A DNA stretch of 64,000 bases from an uncultured Desulfobacter sp. (lineage in GTDB: Bacteria; Desulfobacterota; Desulfobacteria; Desulfobacterales; Desulfobacteraceae). A program made the position numbers and the translations under genes. The DNA is taken from positions 1,472,001 to 1,536,000 of the forward strand of contig OY762069.1 of assembly GCA_963665095.1 (NCBI GenBank), in the 5' to 3' direction. Position 1 is the stretch's first letter. Every line of letters begins with the position of its first letter. Of this stretch, positions 9,720 through 20,148 are shown in pieces. Under the pieces are notes generated by a model that saw only the letters and a list, made by a program, of their open reading frames with translations, was not told the DNA's origin and did not search any database.

Positions 9720-10706
9720 ATGAAAAAAGACTTTATTTCCCTATTCATAACGCTTTTATTTGCGGCGGCCATTGTCGGTCTTTCTCTGTGGTATTTTCAA
9801 CAGCCTGAAATCCGGTATCTGCAGGGACAGGCCGAGGCCACCCAGATTAATGTGGCATCCAAGGTGCCGGGACGGATTAAAACCATTTATGTGCAGGAGG
9901 GGGACTTTGTTCAAAAAGGCACCTTGCTTATAGAGATGGAAAGCGATGAGATCGATGCCCGGCTCAGGCAGGCAACAGCCGCCAGGGACGCCGCCCTTGC
10001 CCAGCTGGATAAAGCCAATGCCGGAACCCGGAAAGAGCAGATTCAAAGTGCCTGGAACCTGTGGCAGCAGGCAAAGGCCGCAGCCGTGCTTGCCCAGAAC
10101 ACCTGGGATCGGGTGAATAACTTATATAAAGACAAGGTGGTGCCGGCCCAGAAAAAAGATGAGGTCTTCACCCGGATGCAGGCAGCCCAACAGCAGGAAC
10201 AAGCCGCCTTTTCTCAATACAAAATGGCCAAAAACGGGGCGCGCAGTGAAGACAAACAGGCGGCCCGGGCCTTTGTTGCCAAAGCCGAAGCCGCCATTGA
10301 AGAGATTGAATCCCATAAAAGAGAAACTTATGTGTATGCGCCGGCACTTGGAGAAATCGAAGAAATCATCCCCAACCAGGGAGAAATTGTAACCGCCGGT
10401 TTTCCCGTGGTTCATCTGGTTGACCTCAAAGATATCCGGGTGATCTTCAACATCAGAGAGGACAAGCTGGGCCGGTTTCAAATGGGCTCCGAATTCACAG
10501 CATTTATCCCCGCCCTGGACAACCGGGAAGTGATGCTCAAAGTTAAACACATGGCGGTCCAGGCAGATTTTGCCACCTGGCATGCCACCAGCGCCACAGG
10601 CGACTTTGACCGCAAAACCTTTGAGGTCAAGGCATATCCAGTCAGCGAGGTTGAGAATCTACGCCCCGGCATGAGTGTGCTGGTCAAAGAAGAGACAAAA
10701 AAATGA
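9720..10706 (+). CDS. HlyD-family membrane fusion protein
   Basis: N-terminal TM, VASKVPGRI lipoyl half-motif, long alpha-hairpin, LRPGMSV. Confidence 0.9.
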   Translation: MKKDFISLFITLLFAAAIVGLSLWYFQQPEIRYLQGQAEATQINVASKVPGRIKTIYVQEGDFVQKGTLLIEMESDEIDARLRQATAARDAALAQLDKANAGTRKEQIQSAWNLWQQAKAAAVLAQNTWDRVNNLYKDKVVPAQKKDEVFTRMQAAQQQEQAAFSQYKMAKNGARSEDKQAARAFVAKAEAAIEEIESHKRETYVYAPALGEIEEIIPNQGEIVTAGFPVVHLVDLKDIRVIFNIREDKLGRFQMGSEFTAFIPALDNREVMLKVKHMAVQADFATWHATSATGDFDRKTFEVKAYPVSEVENLRPGMSVLVKEETKK

Positions 10707-11872
10707 AGCTGGGATTTATAGCGGTATTCACAGATGAATTAAGGCTGATATCAGGCCTGCCCCGGCATGTTGTGTTTACCCTTGCCCTGCCCCTCTTTCT
10801 GTTTATCTTTTTTAGCTGTCTGTTCCAGACCGGCATCCCCCGGGATCTGCCTGTGGCCCTGGTTGATTCAGATAACAGTGCGTCATCAAGAATGCTCTGC
10901 CGCATGATCGACAATGGCCCCCACATCCGGCTGACCACCAGATACCAAGGGACATTTCAGGCAAAGGCAGCCATGCAGCACCAGGATATCTATGGTGTGA
11001 TCGAAATCGGTCCTGATTTTGAGAAAAATCTTCTAAAGGGGCTGCAAAATGAGGTGGTCTGCTATACCAACAACCAGTTCATCACCCCGGCAGGACTCAT
11101 TAAAAAAGATTTTTCCAGTGCCCTAGGCACGTTTTCAGCAGGGCTTAACTTAAAAAAAAGGCTGCTTGGCAACCAATCGCCCCAGCAGGCGGCCAACAGC
11201 ATTCAGCCTGTGGTCATTGACCCACATGTGCTGTTCAACCCCTATACCAATTACGCCTACTATCTGCTGCCTGCCATGCTGCCCATGATGTTCCAGATGG
11301 TGATCATGATCCTTACCATCAATGTACTTGGCACACCATTGAAAAACAACCTGGGCCGGCAGTGGTATAAAAGGGGCAACCAAAATGGCTGGGCCGCTCT
11401 TTGGGGAAAGCTTCTGCCCTATACCATCTATTTTATTTTCATGGGTATCTGGATGAATCTTTTGTTGTTTAATGCAATGAAGATCCCGTCCCGGGCACCG
11501 TTAAGCCAGAAGATATTGTTCACGATATTTGTCATTCTGATCTACCAGTTAACGGCCGCAGCCTTTGTGGGCGTTTCAAAAAACCTTCGATGCGCCCTGA
11601 CCTTTGGCGGAGGCTATGCCGCCATCGCCTTTTCCTTTGCCGCCTATACCTTCCCTGTTGAGGGGTTGCCCCACGCCATTCAAGCCCTGGCCCAGTTGTT
11701 TCCTTTTACCCACTATATGACCTTCTTCACCAACCGGGCCATCCGGGGCGTTCCCATCCAGCTGACCCTCTCTTCACTCATGGGACTTGTCGCATACCTG
11801 ATCCTGTTTCTGGCAACATTTCCCCTTTTTATAAACCGCTTAAAAAAGGGAGCGTATGAAAAAGATATATAA
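10703..11872 (+). CDS. ABC-2 type transporter permease
   Basis: PVALVDSDNS..SR periplasmic motif, FNP..NY..YLLP, C-terminal TM bundle. Confidence 0.85.
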   Translation: MKLGFIAVFTDELRLISGLPRHVVFTLALPLFLFIFFSCLFQTGIPRDLPVALVDSDNSASSRMLCRMIDNGPHIRLTTRYQGTFQAKAAMQHQDIYGVIEIGPDFEKNLLKGLQNEVVCYTNNQFITPAGLIKKDFSSALGTFSAGLNLKKRLLGNQSPQQAANSIQPVVIDPHVLFNPYTNYAYYLLPAMLPMMFQMVIMILTINVLGTPLKNNLGRQWYKRGNQNGWAALWGKLLPYTIYFIFMGIWMNLLLFNAMKIPSRAPLSQKILFTIFVILIYQLTAAAFVGVSKNLRCALTFGGGYAAIAFSFAAYTFPVEGLPHAIQALAQLFPFTHYMTFFTNRAIRGVPIQLTLSSLMGLVAYLILFLATFPLFINRLKKGAYEKDI

Positions 11873-13082
11873 CAGCTGTATGGGGCATGCCCATGCCTTT
11901 GTGCATGCACTGGCATCTGAATTCAGGTATTTTTATTCGGATAAACCCGTACTTGTTTCCTTCGTCGGTGTGGCAGTCGTGATATTTACCCTTTATGCCT
12001 ATTGCTATTCCCATCAGACCCTGCCGGAATTAGGTGTGGTGGTGGTGGATTATGACAATACACCCACCAGCCGGAAATTTCTGCGCATGGTCCAGGCCTC
12101 AAATGATATGACCCTTTGCGGCGTTGAAACCGATCTGATCAGTGCCCAAAGGCAGGTGCTGGCATCCCGGGCCAGAGGAATTATCGTGATTCCGGAACAC
12201 TTTTCCAAGGATCTGGTCAAAAACCAGCAGGTGCATGTTTCGGTTTATGCTGATGGTGCCTACTTGCTCTATTACAAGCAGATTTTAACCGCCATAAAAG
12301 AGATTGCAGCCTATTTTAACGCCGGCATCCAGATCAAAAAAAAGATGCTTGACGGCAACACCGCAAAACAGGCCTCTAATGCCGTACAACCGGTTCTGGG
12401 CAAAACCGTGGATCTGTACAACCCGGGGTCCGGTTACGGCACCTTCCTGATGCCTGTAATCCTGGTCATTGTCCTGCAGACAACCATGCTAAACGCCATG
12501 GGGATACTTGGGGGGACCCTGTCAGAAGCCGGCAGTCTTACCACGGTCTATCCCAACGCGGCCCGCAGGTTTGGAACCCTTCCCGTGGTTCTGGGCAAGG
12601 CTTGCGCCTATGTTCTGACAGGCTTGTGCCTGGTGGTCTTTTTCGTAAGCATCGTCCTGCCGGGGTTTAAAATCCCTGTACGAACCAACATGCTTGCCAC
12701 CATTGTTTTCATGGTTCCATATCTTTTGTCTGTGGCCTGTTTAGGCCTGTTTCTGCTGACATTTTTCCAAAAACGGGAAACCGCTGTAGCAGTGATCATG
12801 TTCACCTCCATCCCTGCCCTGATGCTGACCGGCATTTCCTGGCCGGACCAGGATATTCCCGCAACGCTTGCCATTTTAAGACACCTTATCCCCTCTACTC
12901 CGGGAACAAAGGGCTTTGTTAGCCTGACCCAGATGGGAGCGGATTTTACCATTATCAAGGACACCTGGGTTCAGCTGTGGGGACTTTTCCTGTTCTACTT
13001 CATCCTGGCGGCCCTGTCCCTGAAGCGGTTGTGGATACTTGAGCTTGAAACGAAAACCGGTTTATCTTTAAAGTATCAATAA
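11856..13082 (+). CDS. ABC-2 type transporter permease
   Basis: VVVDYDNTPTSR, YNPGSGYGTFLMP, GISWP motifs. Confidence 0.85.
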   Translation: MKKIYNSCMGHAHAFVHALASEFRYFYSDKPVLVSFVGVAVVIFTLYAYCYSHQTLPELGVVVVDYDNTPTSRKFLRMVQASNDMTLCGVETDLISAQRQVLASRARGIIVIPEHFSKDLVKNQQVHVSVYADGAYLLYYKQILTAIKEIAAYFNAGIQIKKKMLDGNTAKQASNAVQPVLGKTVDLYNPGSGYGTFLMPVILVIVLQTTMLNAMGILGGTLSEAGSLTTVYPNAARRFGTLPVVLGKACAYVLTGLCLVVFFVSIVLPGFKIPVRTNMLATIVFMVPYLLSVACLGLFLLTFFQKRETAVAVIMFTSIPALMLTGISWPDQDIPATLAILRHLIPSTPGTKGFVSLTQMGADFTIIKDTWVQLWGLFLFYFILAALSLKRLWILELETKTGLSLKYQ

Positions 13083-13205
13083 TCTGTGTTATGAAGGATA
13101 CAACCCAGCGCCCAATGTTACATCCGGCATTTATACTTCTAAACGTACCCCCACAGGTGCGACAGCCTTTTTAAAGCTTCTTTCTGGTTTCCGGGCAAAC
13201 CCATA

Positions 13206-13390
13206 ATAACAGCCATGGGCTGACCTTGACTGTCAACACCCAGGTTTCAACCCACAACAAAGCATGAAGGGATCTGAACAACAAATTGGACTTTTCATAT
13301 AACGGCCACGGGCCGGCCTGACATATCATCTGCCAGGCTTCGACCCAAAACAAAAATTGAAAGTATCTCAACAACTTAACGAGACTTTCT
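13206..13390 (+). repeat. ~93-bp intergenic repeat, two tandem copies (13206-13298 and diverged 13299-13390)
   Basis: Units start ATAACAGCC/ATAACGGCC exactly 93 bp apart and share AGG(T/C)TTC(A/G)ACCCA.AACAAA and AACAAC; they align with 40-129. Confidence 0.8.
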
Positions 13391-13442
13391 TGTAAAAAGA
13401 AATAGAAAGAAAATGTCATTAAACAAAAGGGGAGATGCAAGC

Positions 13443-13805
13443 ATGATAAAAAAAATTGAAAGTCCATCAATTCTTGAGTCCGCCGGCAACAAACCCAAAA
13501 AAATCGAAGAGTTCATCGGTTGTGTCAACTCCGGGACATCAGAGATCAGCATTGCCCGGATGACAAGCCCCTACGGGTGGGTGGAACCGGGCCAGACACC
13601 GAAGTTTGATGAATATACCCTGGTGCTCAAAGGCATGCTTCGGGTGGAGACCCAAGACGGCATCACAGATGTGAAAGAAGGCCAGGCCGTAATCGTTCCG
13701 GCAGGCCAGTGGGTTCAGTACAGCACCCCGGAAGCGGAAGGGGCGCAGTATATTGCCGTATGCCGGCCGGCATTCACACCGGATACGGTCAACAGAGATG
13801 AATAA
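13443..13805 (+). CDS. Cupin-domain protein (EutQ-like)
   Basis: KPKKIEEFIG, GWVEPGQTPKFDEYTLVLKG, YSTP motifs; RBS GGGGAG. Confidence 0.8.
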   Translation: MIKKIESPSILESAGNKPKKIEEFIGCVNSGTSEISIARMTSPYGWVEPGQTPKFDEYTLVLKGMLRVETQDGITDVKEGQAVIVPAGQWVQYSTPEAEGAQYIAVCRPAFTPDTVNRDE

Positions 13806-13827
13806 GGGGGGCCGGACAGGGAGACTC

Positions 13828-14655
13828 TTATTCCGAAACAGAAGTAAAGACAGGTGGTAAAGGCTGTACCGGACCTGTTTTAAAATTATTTTCTGTGGCC
13901 GTCGCCCTAAGGCTTTTGATACGATCCATGGCTTCGGGATGGCTGTTGAAATAGTGTGTAACCCCTTTAAAGGTAGCGCCTGGTTCCGGTGCCATGGCCC
14001 TGAAAAATTCATCTGCCCCGCCCACATGCCCGTAATAGCAGTTAAGAATCTGAAGCGCTGACAGGTCTGCCATATTTTCCCTGTCCCTGGAGTAGAAGGC
14101 CATATTCAAATCCACGGTGGGGGCCAGGAAACGGGTGATATCCGATCCCGCACCGGTTAAAATGGCGGCAACCGCTGTCATCACAAGGCTTCGTCCCATT
14201 CCTTTCAAGTGATCCCTGTTTTTGAAATGGCCCAGTTCATGGGCCAGGACAAAACAGAGCCCGTTTTCACTTTTCACCTTGGACAGCAGCCCTTTAAAAA
14301 CGACAATCCGTCCTCCGGGAAGGGCTACGGCATTTGCAATGTCAGACGCCACCAGAAACACATCCAGAGGATAAGAGATCCCGGCACAGGCGACAAGTTT
14401 ATCGGTCAGTTCCTGAAGCAGGGCCTGTTCCGGGGTGTTTCCCACAGTACACTCCGGCGGGCAGAATGTCGCAAAAATTTTGGCTTCGACCTCCGGAGAA
14501 ATAAAATCCGCTGCAAAATCAACAAACTGGCCGGCTGCCCAGAAGAGTGTCAAAAGGCAGATGGTGATCCCGGCAAAAAGGAGAAAAAACTCTTTTAACG
14601 GATGCTCATGGGACACATTGCTGTTTTCTTCGGGCAAGACTGGTCGATATTCCAT
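13828..14655 (-). CDS. M48-family zinc metallopeptidase
   Basis: NAVALPGG, HELGH, YSRDRENMAD, SHP motifs; N-terminal TM. Confidence 0.9.
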   Translation of the reverse strand: MEYRPVLPEENSNVSHEHPLKEFFLLFAGITICLLTLFWAAGQFVDFAADFISPEVEAKIFATFCPPECTVGNTPEQALLQELTDKLVACAGISYPLDVFLVASDIANAVALPGGRIVVFKGLLSKVKSENGLCFVLAHELGHFKNRDHLKGMGRSLVMTAVAAILTGAGSDITRFLAPTVDLNMAFYSRDRENMADLSALQILNCYYGHVGGADEFFRAMAPEPGATFKGVTHYFNSHPEAMDRIKSLRATATENNFKTGPVQPLPPVFTSVSE

Positions 14656-15002
14656 AATATTTTTTACCACAACAGTGAAACGTTTAAATCAGCTCTGGTT
14701 TCCGGTTAGTTCACTTCAAAAGGGATACAGCTGTGCCGTAAATGGCTGTTATTGTTTTACCTGGGATCTCTTCAGTGTTGCTTAAAAGCAGTGCCTCTCC
14801 TTGAGTTGATTTTTCTGAATTTGCCTGGGGTTATTCCCCCTGCACCAAGCCGGACTGGCGGATGTATAAATATAAAAAAATTCTTCCAGTCCATGGCCAA
14901 ACCGCTCAAGCAGCTGTTGACATTTTTAAAGACAATTATGAATGAACATCTTTTTTTTAGCAATATATCAATTGCTTGTAAAGAAGTGTAATTCTGCTTT
15001 GT

Positions 15003-15282
15003 CTATATTGGCATTTTCATATTTGCCAAATCCATGTTGTAACGGTCTTTGGGACTGAAAACAATATGATCCAGAACGGCAATACCTATGGTTCTGACCG
15101 CCTTCTGGAGCTGCCGGGTCAGTTTGATATCAGCCCGCCCCGGGGTCGTGTCACCCGACGGCTGGTTATGGGCCAGGATCACCGCTGAGGTCCGGTCTGT
15201 TACGGAATCGGCAAAAACATCTTTGCACCATCTTTTCCCGGGGACGCACCTGTTTGGGAATATCAGACCGTTGTCTGGGCAT
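15003..15282 (-). pseudogene. radC: radC (JAB/MPN) pseudogene with a large internal deletion
   Basis: Minus strand reads MPRQRSDIPKQVRPREKMVQ (RadC N-terminus), then out of frame KDVFADSVTDRTSAVILAHNQPSGD...D..LT...GIAVLDHIVF (JAB C-terminus); the HxH motif is degraded to HNQ. Confidence 0.8.
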
Positions 15283-15363
15283 GGGAAACGCCTGTTATTT
15301 TATCCAGTCACAGAAGCGATTGACCTTATCCCGCTTCCTCAGCCATTTTTTACGCGTTATCAC

Positions 15364-16713
15364 TTAATTGGCATCGACAAGTTTCCACTCTTTCAACCGA
15401 CTATAAGCATACTGACTGTATTTGTTGGACGCGTAGTTAACCTGTTTGATATATGAGATGTACTTGTCAGCTGCTTCGTTTTTCCGGCCGGCTTTGTCCA
15501 GGGCGAATCCCTGGTAAAAAGTCACCTGGGGGTTCCCCGGTAACCGCTTATCGCAGGTGGTAAAATCATCATAGGCCTTTATGTGTTTTTGTAAGTTTAA
15601 ATTGGCAAGCCCTGAAAGATAATACCCCTGGCTTTCTCCGGGATACAACTGCTTGGCCAGTCCTGCATGAAGCGCTGCATCCTTGGCTTTTTCCCTGAGC
15701 AGCATACACTTTGCCATCATCACCTGGGCGGTATAATCCGTATCTCTTATCTTGAGTGCAGATAAAAATGCCTGCTCAGCCTTTTCATACTGCTCTTTGG
15801 CTAAAAATTTATCCCCTTCCTGGAGTTTGGCGATCATGGGCCTGATCTTTCGCAGATCTGCAGTGTGATCCATATAACGCTCCCGGTACAGGCTGCGGGA
15901 ATGTGTGTCCAGGTACATTTCAGCATCCCGTTTACGGGCCATCTCCACACGCTCCCGGCTCATGGGGTGGGTGGCAAACAGCATTTCCACTGAGCTGGAC
16001 TGGGCTGAATGCAAGGACGCCAGCATATCCATAAGTCCTAAAAAGCCCTGGGAGCTGTATCCGGAGCGTGTCATGTAGAGATGCCCTAAGGCATCGGCCT
16101 CCCGCTCGTTATTCCTGGAGTATTTTGACAGGAACAGTCCCTGGCCCAGGGAACCCAGTTGCTGGGTCACCCTGCCCATCCCACTTCCCTGGGTCTCGGC
16201 GATGGCAGACAGGCCTGTCAACAGAACCGATGATATCTGGCCTTTTGACTGCTGCTCTGCGGTGTGCCTGGCATTGACATGGCCAAGTTCATGACCTAAA
16301 AGCGAAGCAAGTTCCGCCTCATTGTCAAGCTCCAGCAAGATACCGCGGGTCGCAGCTATGGAGCCGCCCGGAAAGGCATAGGCATTAATATAGGTGGCAT
16401 TGACCACATGGAAATTGTAGGGCATGTCAGACCGGTGTACATGGGAAAGCATGCCTTTGCCCACCTGAGAGATATACTGATTTAAACGGTTGTCCTGGCT
16501 GACGCCATAGTCCGAGGAAAACTGAAACCCGGATTGCTGCCTGTCTATCTCAATCTCCTGTTCCCGGCTCATGAGCATAAGCTGTTTGTGGCCGGTGACC
16601 GGGTCAATGGCACATCCGTGGAAAAGGCTGTGCCCTGCCCCCAATAAGGAGACTGATGCACACCCCTTTAAAAAATCCCGCCGTGTAATTCGGATTTTTT
16701 CAAGTTGCTTCAT
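15364..16713 (-). CDS. Tat-exported M48 metalloprotease lipoprotein with TPR repeats (BepA/YfgC-like)
   Basis: TRRDFLK Tat motif, FHGC lipobox, NAYAFPGG, HELGH, YSRNNEREAD, THP, C-terminal TPR-like helices. Confidence 0.9.
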   Translation of the reverse strand: MKQLEKIRITRRDFLKGCASVSLLGAGHSLFHGCAIDPVTGHKQLMLMSREQEIEIDRQQSGFQFSSDYGVSQDNRLNQYISQVGKGMLSHVHRSDMPYNFHVVNATYINAYAFPGGSIAATRGILLELDNEAELASLLGHELGHVNARHTAEQQSKGQISSVLLTGLSAIAETQGSGMGRVTQQLGSLGQGLFLSKYSRNNEREADALGHLYMTRSGYSSQGFLGLMDMLASLHSAQSSSVEMLFATHPMSRERVEMARKRDAEMYLDTHSRSLYRERYMDHTADLRKIRPMIAKLQEGDKFLAKEQYEKAEQAFLSALKIRDTDYTAQVMMAKCMLLREKAKDAALHAGLAKQLYPGESQGYYLSGLANLNLQKHIKAYDDFTTCDKRLPGNPQVTFYQGFALDKAGRKNEAADKYISYIKQVNYASNKYSQYAYSRLKEWKLVDAN

Positions 16714-16870
16714 ACCAAATCCAGCCTGTGTTTAAAAAGTTATCGTTAATGCAAGTATACCTTTGCCGGATATTAACGGTCAATCCCCATGGATTTTCCG
16801 TAAAAAATGATTATATTCCATGAACCATTTCCGGCGTCACAAGTTACGGCCCAAAAAAAATGAGGTGACC

Positions 16871-17404
16871 ATGTTTATAGACCTGTTGCAGAAAAGAAGA
16901 AGCATCCGTAAGTTTGAAGACAAACCTGTATCCCTTGAACACAGGGATTTTCTCATTGAAGCGGCTTTAAGATCGCCCAGCGGCCGCGGTATCAACCCCT
17001 GGCACTTTGTTGTGGTGGAGGATAAAGAACACATTGAAAAACTATCCCGGTCCAAGCCCCATGGGGCTGGATTTCTAAAAAACGCGCCCCTGGTTATTGC
17101 GGTGTGTGCCGACACCACAAAAACAGATATATGGGTTGAAGACAGTGCCATTGTGGCGACCATCATCCATCTGGCAGCCCAGGATCTTGGCCTTGGCTCC
17201 TGCTGGGTACAGATGCGGCTTCGCACCCACGAGGACGGCTGTTCCTGTTCCGACTATATTTCGAACGTCCTCAACCTGCCAAAGCATTTTGAAGTCGAGG
17301 CTGTCATCGGGATCGGTTACCCGGCCGAGCAGAAAAAAGGGCATGCTGCAGAGACCCTGCTGTATAATAAGGTGAGTTATGAACAGTTTGGCCGGACAGC
17401 TTAA
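16871..17404 (+). CDS. Nitroreductase-family protein
   Basis: RRSIRKF, SPSG..PWHF, GLGSCWV, IGYP; RBS GAGGTG. Confidence 0.9.
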   Translation: MFIDLLQKRRSIRKFEDKPVSLEHRDFLIEAALRSPSGRGINPWHFVVVEDKEHIEKLSRSKPHGAGFLKNAPLVIAVCADTTKTDIWVEDSAIVATIIHLAAQDLGLGSCWVQMRLRTHEDGCSCSDYISNVLNLPKHFEVEAVIGIGYPAEQKKGHAAETLLYNKVSYEQFGRTA

Positions 17405-17784
17405 CCTCTCAGATTCATGATAATTCATCCTTTTCCAGGGCGGATGGCACACGCCGACTGCCCTGGTCGGATCTAACCGGTTCAGCCCGGAACTGCCCTT
17501 TCTGCCAGACCATATTTCATTGATAAAGCCAGACTATCAGAACTTTCCCTGCTTTCTGAGAAAAATATATTTAAAACAGTCAAAGAGGCCCCCTGATTCT
17601 CCGCATACACAAACAAAGACCATTTTTTCCTTGACAGGCACTATGGCTATAAAATAACTATATAGCATCCCAAACGTAACTAATATGTGATTTTGACTCT
17701 GGATGTATACCTGCTTCTTCCGGGACAGTCCCCGGGAAAAGTGAATATAACAACAAAACCATCTTTCTAAGGAGGAGATTGTCC

Positions 17785-19113
17785 ATGGAACAGGCAAAAT
17801 CACAGGTAGCCCCCCTTTCCGTCCAGGTCTGGGCCAAATTTCTGATCATGAGTGCTGTCGGCATTTTTTCTTTTTTCATCACATTTACCCTGGGGAACCG
17901 GGAGACCTTTCTGGTCAACCATATTGCCATAGCACTCAAGGGGAAGCTTGATCCATATGTCTATTCCTACATCATGATTCTGGCTGCCTGCGGGATTGTA
18001 GATCTTTATGTCCGCAGGGGCAGATTTTTTAAAGACACGGTCAATATGGTCCTCTCCTTAACCAAAATATCAGGGTTTATTGTCATTATCTGCGTGGTGA
18101 TGGGCATGGGACCGGAAGTTATCTTAAACCAGAGCGTGGGGCCTTTTGTATTAAAAAAACTGGTATTCCCCATATCCATAACCATTCCCGTAGCTGCCCT
18201 GTTTCTACCCTTTCTTCTGGATTTTGGACTGATTGATTTCTGCGGTGTGTTGATGCGCCCCATCATGCGCCCGCTGTTCAATGCCCCGGGGCGTTCGGCT
18301 GTGATCGCGGTCAGTGCATTTCTAGGCAACTTCTCCATCGGCCATATTGCCGTGGACAGTTTGTATAAAGAGGGGAAATTAACCGACCGGGAGGCCGCTA
18401 TTATCGGGACAGGATTTTGTACGGCCTCGGTGGCGTTTCTCATGGTCCTTGCCAACCTGCTCGACCTGATGGACCATTGGAATTTTTATTTCTGGTCCTC
18501 GTTTCTGATCACCATGGCCGTGACCGGTATCAGCGTCCGGATCCCCCCCTTATCCCGCAAACCATTGACATACTATCCCGGCGTCACCCCCCAGCCGGAA
18601 AAAATATACAACAGCGATCTGTTGAAACATGCATTTCTGGAAGGACTCAGAGTGACGGCGGAATCAGACGCCCTTGTCAACCGGGTGGGATTTATCATGA
18701 AGGAAAGTATGCTGATTGTCATGGGATTTATCAACGGCGTGATGCTTTTTGGTGTTGCCGGCATTCTGCTCAATGAATACACAAGTTTCTTCCAGTACCT
18801 GGGCTATATTTTCTACCCCTTTCTCAAGCTGGTACAGATTCCTGATATCGGGGTGGCCATGAAGGCTGCCGGGATCTCGTTTCTGGACATTCTTCTGCCG
18901 GCCCTGATCGGTTCCAAGGCAGATCTTGCCATCCAGACCCGTTACCTTATCGCAACCGTGTCGGTGTCAGGCATTATATTTTTAGGCGCGTTCATCCCCT
19001 GCATTTTGTCCACAAATATCCCTGTTAAATTTTCGGAGCTGGCCGTATTATGGCTGCAGCGTGTTGTTTTGACCATCCTTTTGGCCGGCGGTGTGGCGTT
19101 GATTTACTTTTAG
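17785..19113 (+). CDS. YjiH-family membrane transporter (nucleoside-recognition gate domain)
   Basis: LLDFGLIDF.G..MRPIMRPLF..PGRSA, REAAIIGTGF; multi-TM; RBS AAGGAGG. Confidence 0.8.
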   Translation: MEQAKSQVAPLSVQVWAKFLIMSAVGIFSFFITFTLGNRETFLVNHIAIALKGKLDPYVYSYIMILAACGIVDLYVRRGRFFKDTVNMVLSLTKISGFIVIICVVMGMGPEVILNQSVGPFVLKKLVFPISITIPVAALFLPFLLDFGLIDFCGVLMRPIMRPLFNAPGRSAVIAVSAFLGNFSIGHIAVDSLYKEGKLTDREAAIIGTGFCTASVAFLMVLANLLDLMDHWNFYFWSSFLITMAVTGISVRIPPLSRKPLTYYPGVTPQPEKIYNSDLLKHAFLEGLRVTAESDALVNRVGFIMKESMLIVMGFINGVMLFGVAGILLNEYTSFFQYLGYIFYPFLKLVQIPDIGVAMKAAGISFLDILLPALIGSKADLAIQTRYLIATVSVSGIIFLGAFIPCILSTNIPVKFSELAVLWLQRVVLTILLAGGVALIYF

Positions 19114-19224
19114 GCGGGTTCAGTTCTCCTGGTGTAAAAATAGTATAAACGTGGACAGCCCCGTACAAAAACTGGTAAAAAAAAACACTCAACAACGCAT
19201 ATTTGAAAGGAATCACAAGGCACA

Positions 19225-20148
19225 TTGAAACCCATAGAACAAATTGCCATTTTCGGGGCCGGCGCCATGGGGGCGGCATATGCCGCTCTTTTTACGGACA
19301 ACTCAAACCTGCAAGTCTGTTTTTCAGCAAGAGGAGAACGGTTTTACCGCCTTGACGGGGCCACCATCAACGTCAATGGCCGGGATTACAAAATTCCCGT
19401 GGTGCATCCGGACCGGGTCAAGGCCCCCTTTAATCTGGTGCTGGTGGCCCTGAAGCACCACCACCTGACAGAACCGGTAATCAAAGATATCAACGCCCTG
19501 ACGGAACCTGACACCCTGATCCTTTCCGTGATGAACGGGCTTGAAAGTGAAAAGCTGGTGGGCAGGGTCTGTGGAGAAGACAAAATTGTCCCGGCCATTG
19601 CCGTGGGCATTGATGCAGTCCATGAAAACAACCGGTTTACCTTTGCCAATCCGGGTAAAATCATATTCGGTAATGACCCGACCCTTGAAAATGCGGATGA
19701 CACACTCCGGTTAAAGCGTGTGAAAACAGCCCTGGATAAGGCAGGCATCCCCAATGAGATCACGCCGGATATTTTAAGAACCATGTGGTGGAAATTCATG
19801 GTCAATGTAGGCGTTAACCAGTCGTCTGCCGTGCTTGGGGCTCCCTACGGCGTTTTCCAGAGCCGGCCTGCCGCACGGGAGCTGATGATCTCTTTGATGC
19901 AGGAAGTGGTCAATCTTGCCCACCATAAAGGGATCAACCTTCAGCCATCCGACATTGACCAGTGGGTGGAAGTACTCCACACCCTGAGCCCGGAAGGCAA
20001 GACCTCCATGCTCCAGGACATGGAGGCAAAAAGAAAAACCGAGGTGGAGATCTTTGCAGGCTCTGTGGTAGCCATGGGCAAAGAGGCGGGCATTCCCACG
20101 CCGGTGAACCAGACATTTCTCAATCTGATCCAGGTGTTGGAAGCCTGA
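19225..20148 (+). CDS. panE: 2-dehydropantoate 2-reductase (ketopantoate reductase family)
   Basis: GAGAMG, NGL, WWKFMVN, TSMLQD...TEVE, IPTPVN; TTG start. Confidence 0.85.
   Translation: MKPIEQIAIFGAGAMGAAYAALFTDNSNLQVCFSARGERFYRLDGATINVNGRDYKIPVVHPDRVKAPFNLVLVALKHHHLTEPVIKDINALTEPDTLILSVMNGLESEKLVGRVCGEDKIVPAIAVGIDAVHENNRFTFANPGKIIFGNDPTLENADDTLRLKRVKTALDKAGIPNEITPDILRTMWWKFMVNVGVNQSSAVLGAPYGVFQSRPAARELMISLMQEVVNLAHHKGINLQPSDIDQWVEVLHTLSPEGKTSMLQDMEAKRKTEVEIFAGSVVAMGKEAGIPTPVNQTFLNLIQVLEA

Noticed and set aside
13206..13390. CRISPR array interpretation of the tandem repeat
   Set aside because: Whole 93-bp units are homologous (no unique spacers), there are only two adjacent units, and there are no cas genes.
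17700..17760. Riboswitch upstream of the YjiH transporter
   Set aside because: Only a single hairpin (TTCCGGG/CCCGGGAA); no conserved aptamer motif recognised.
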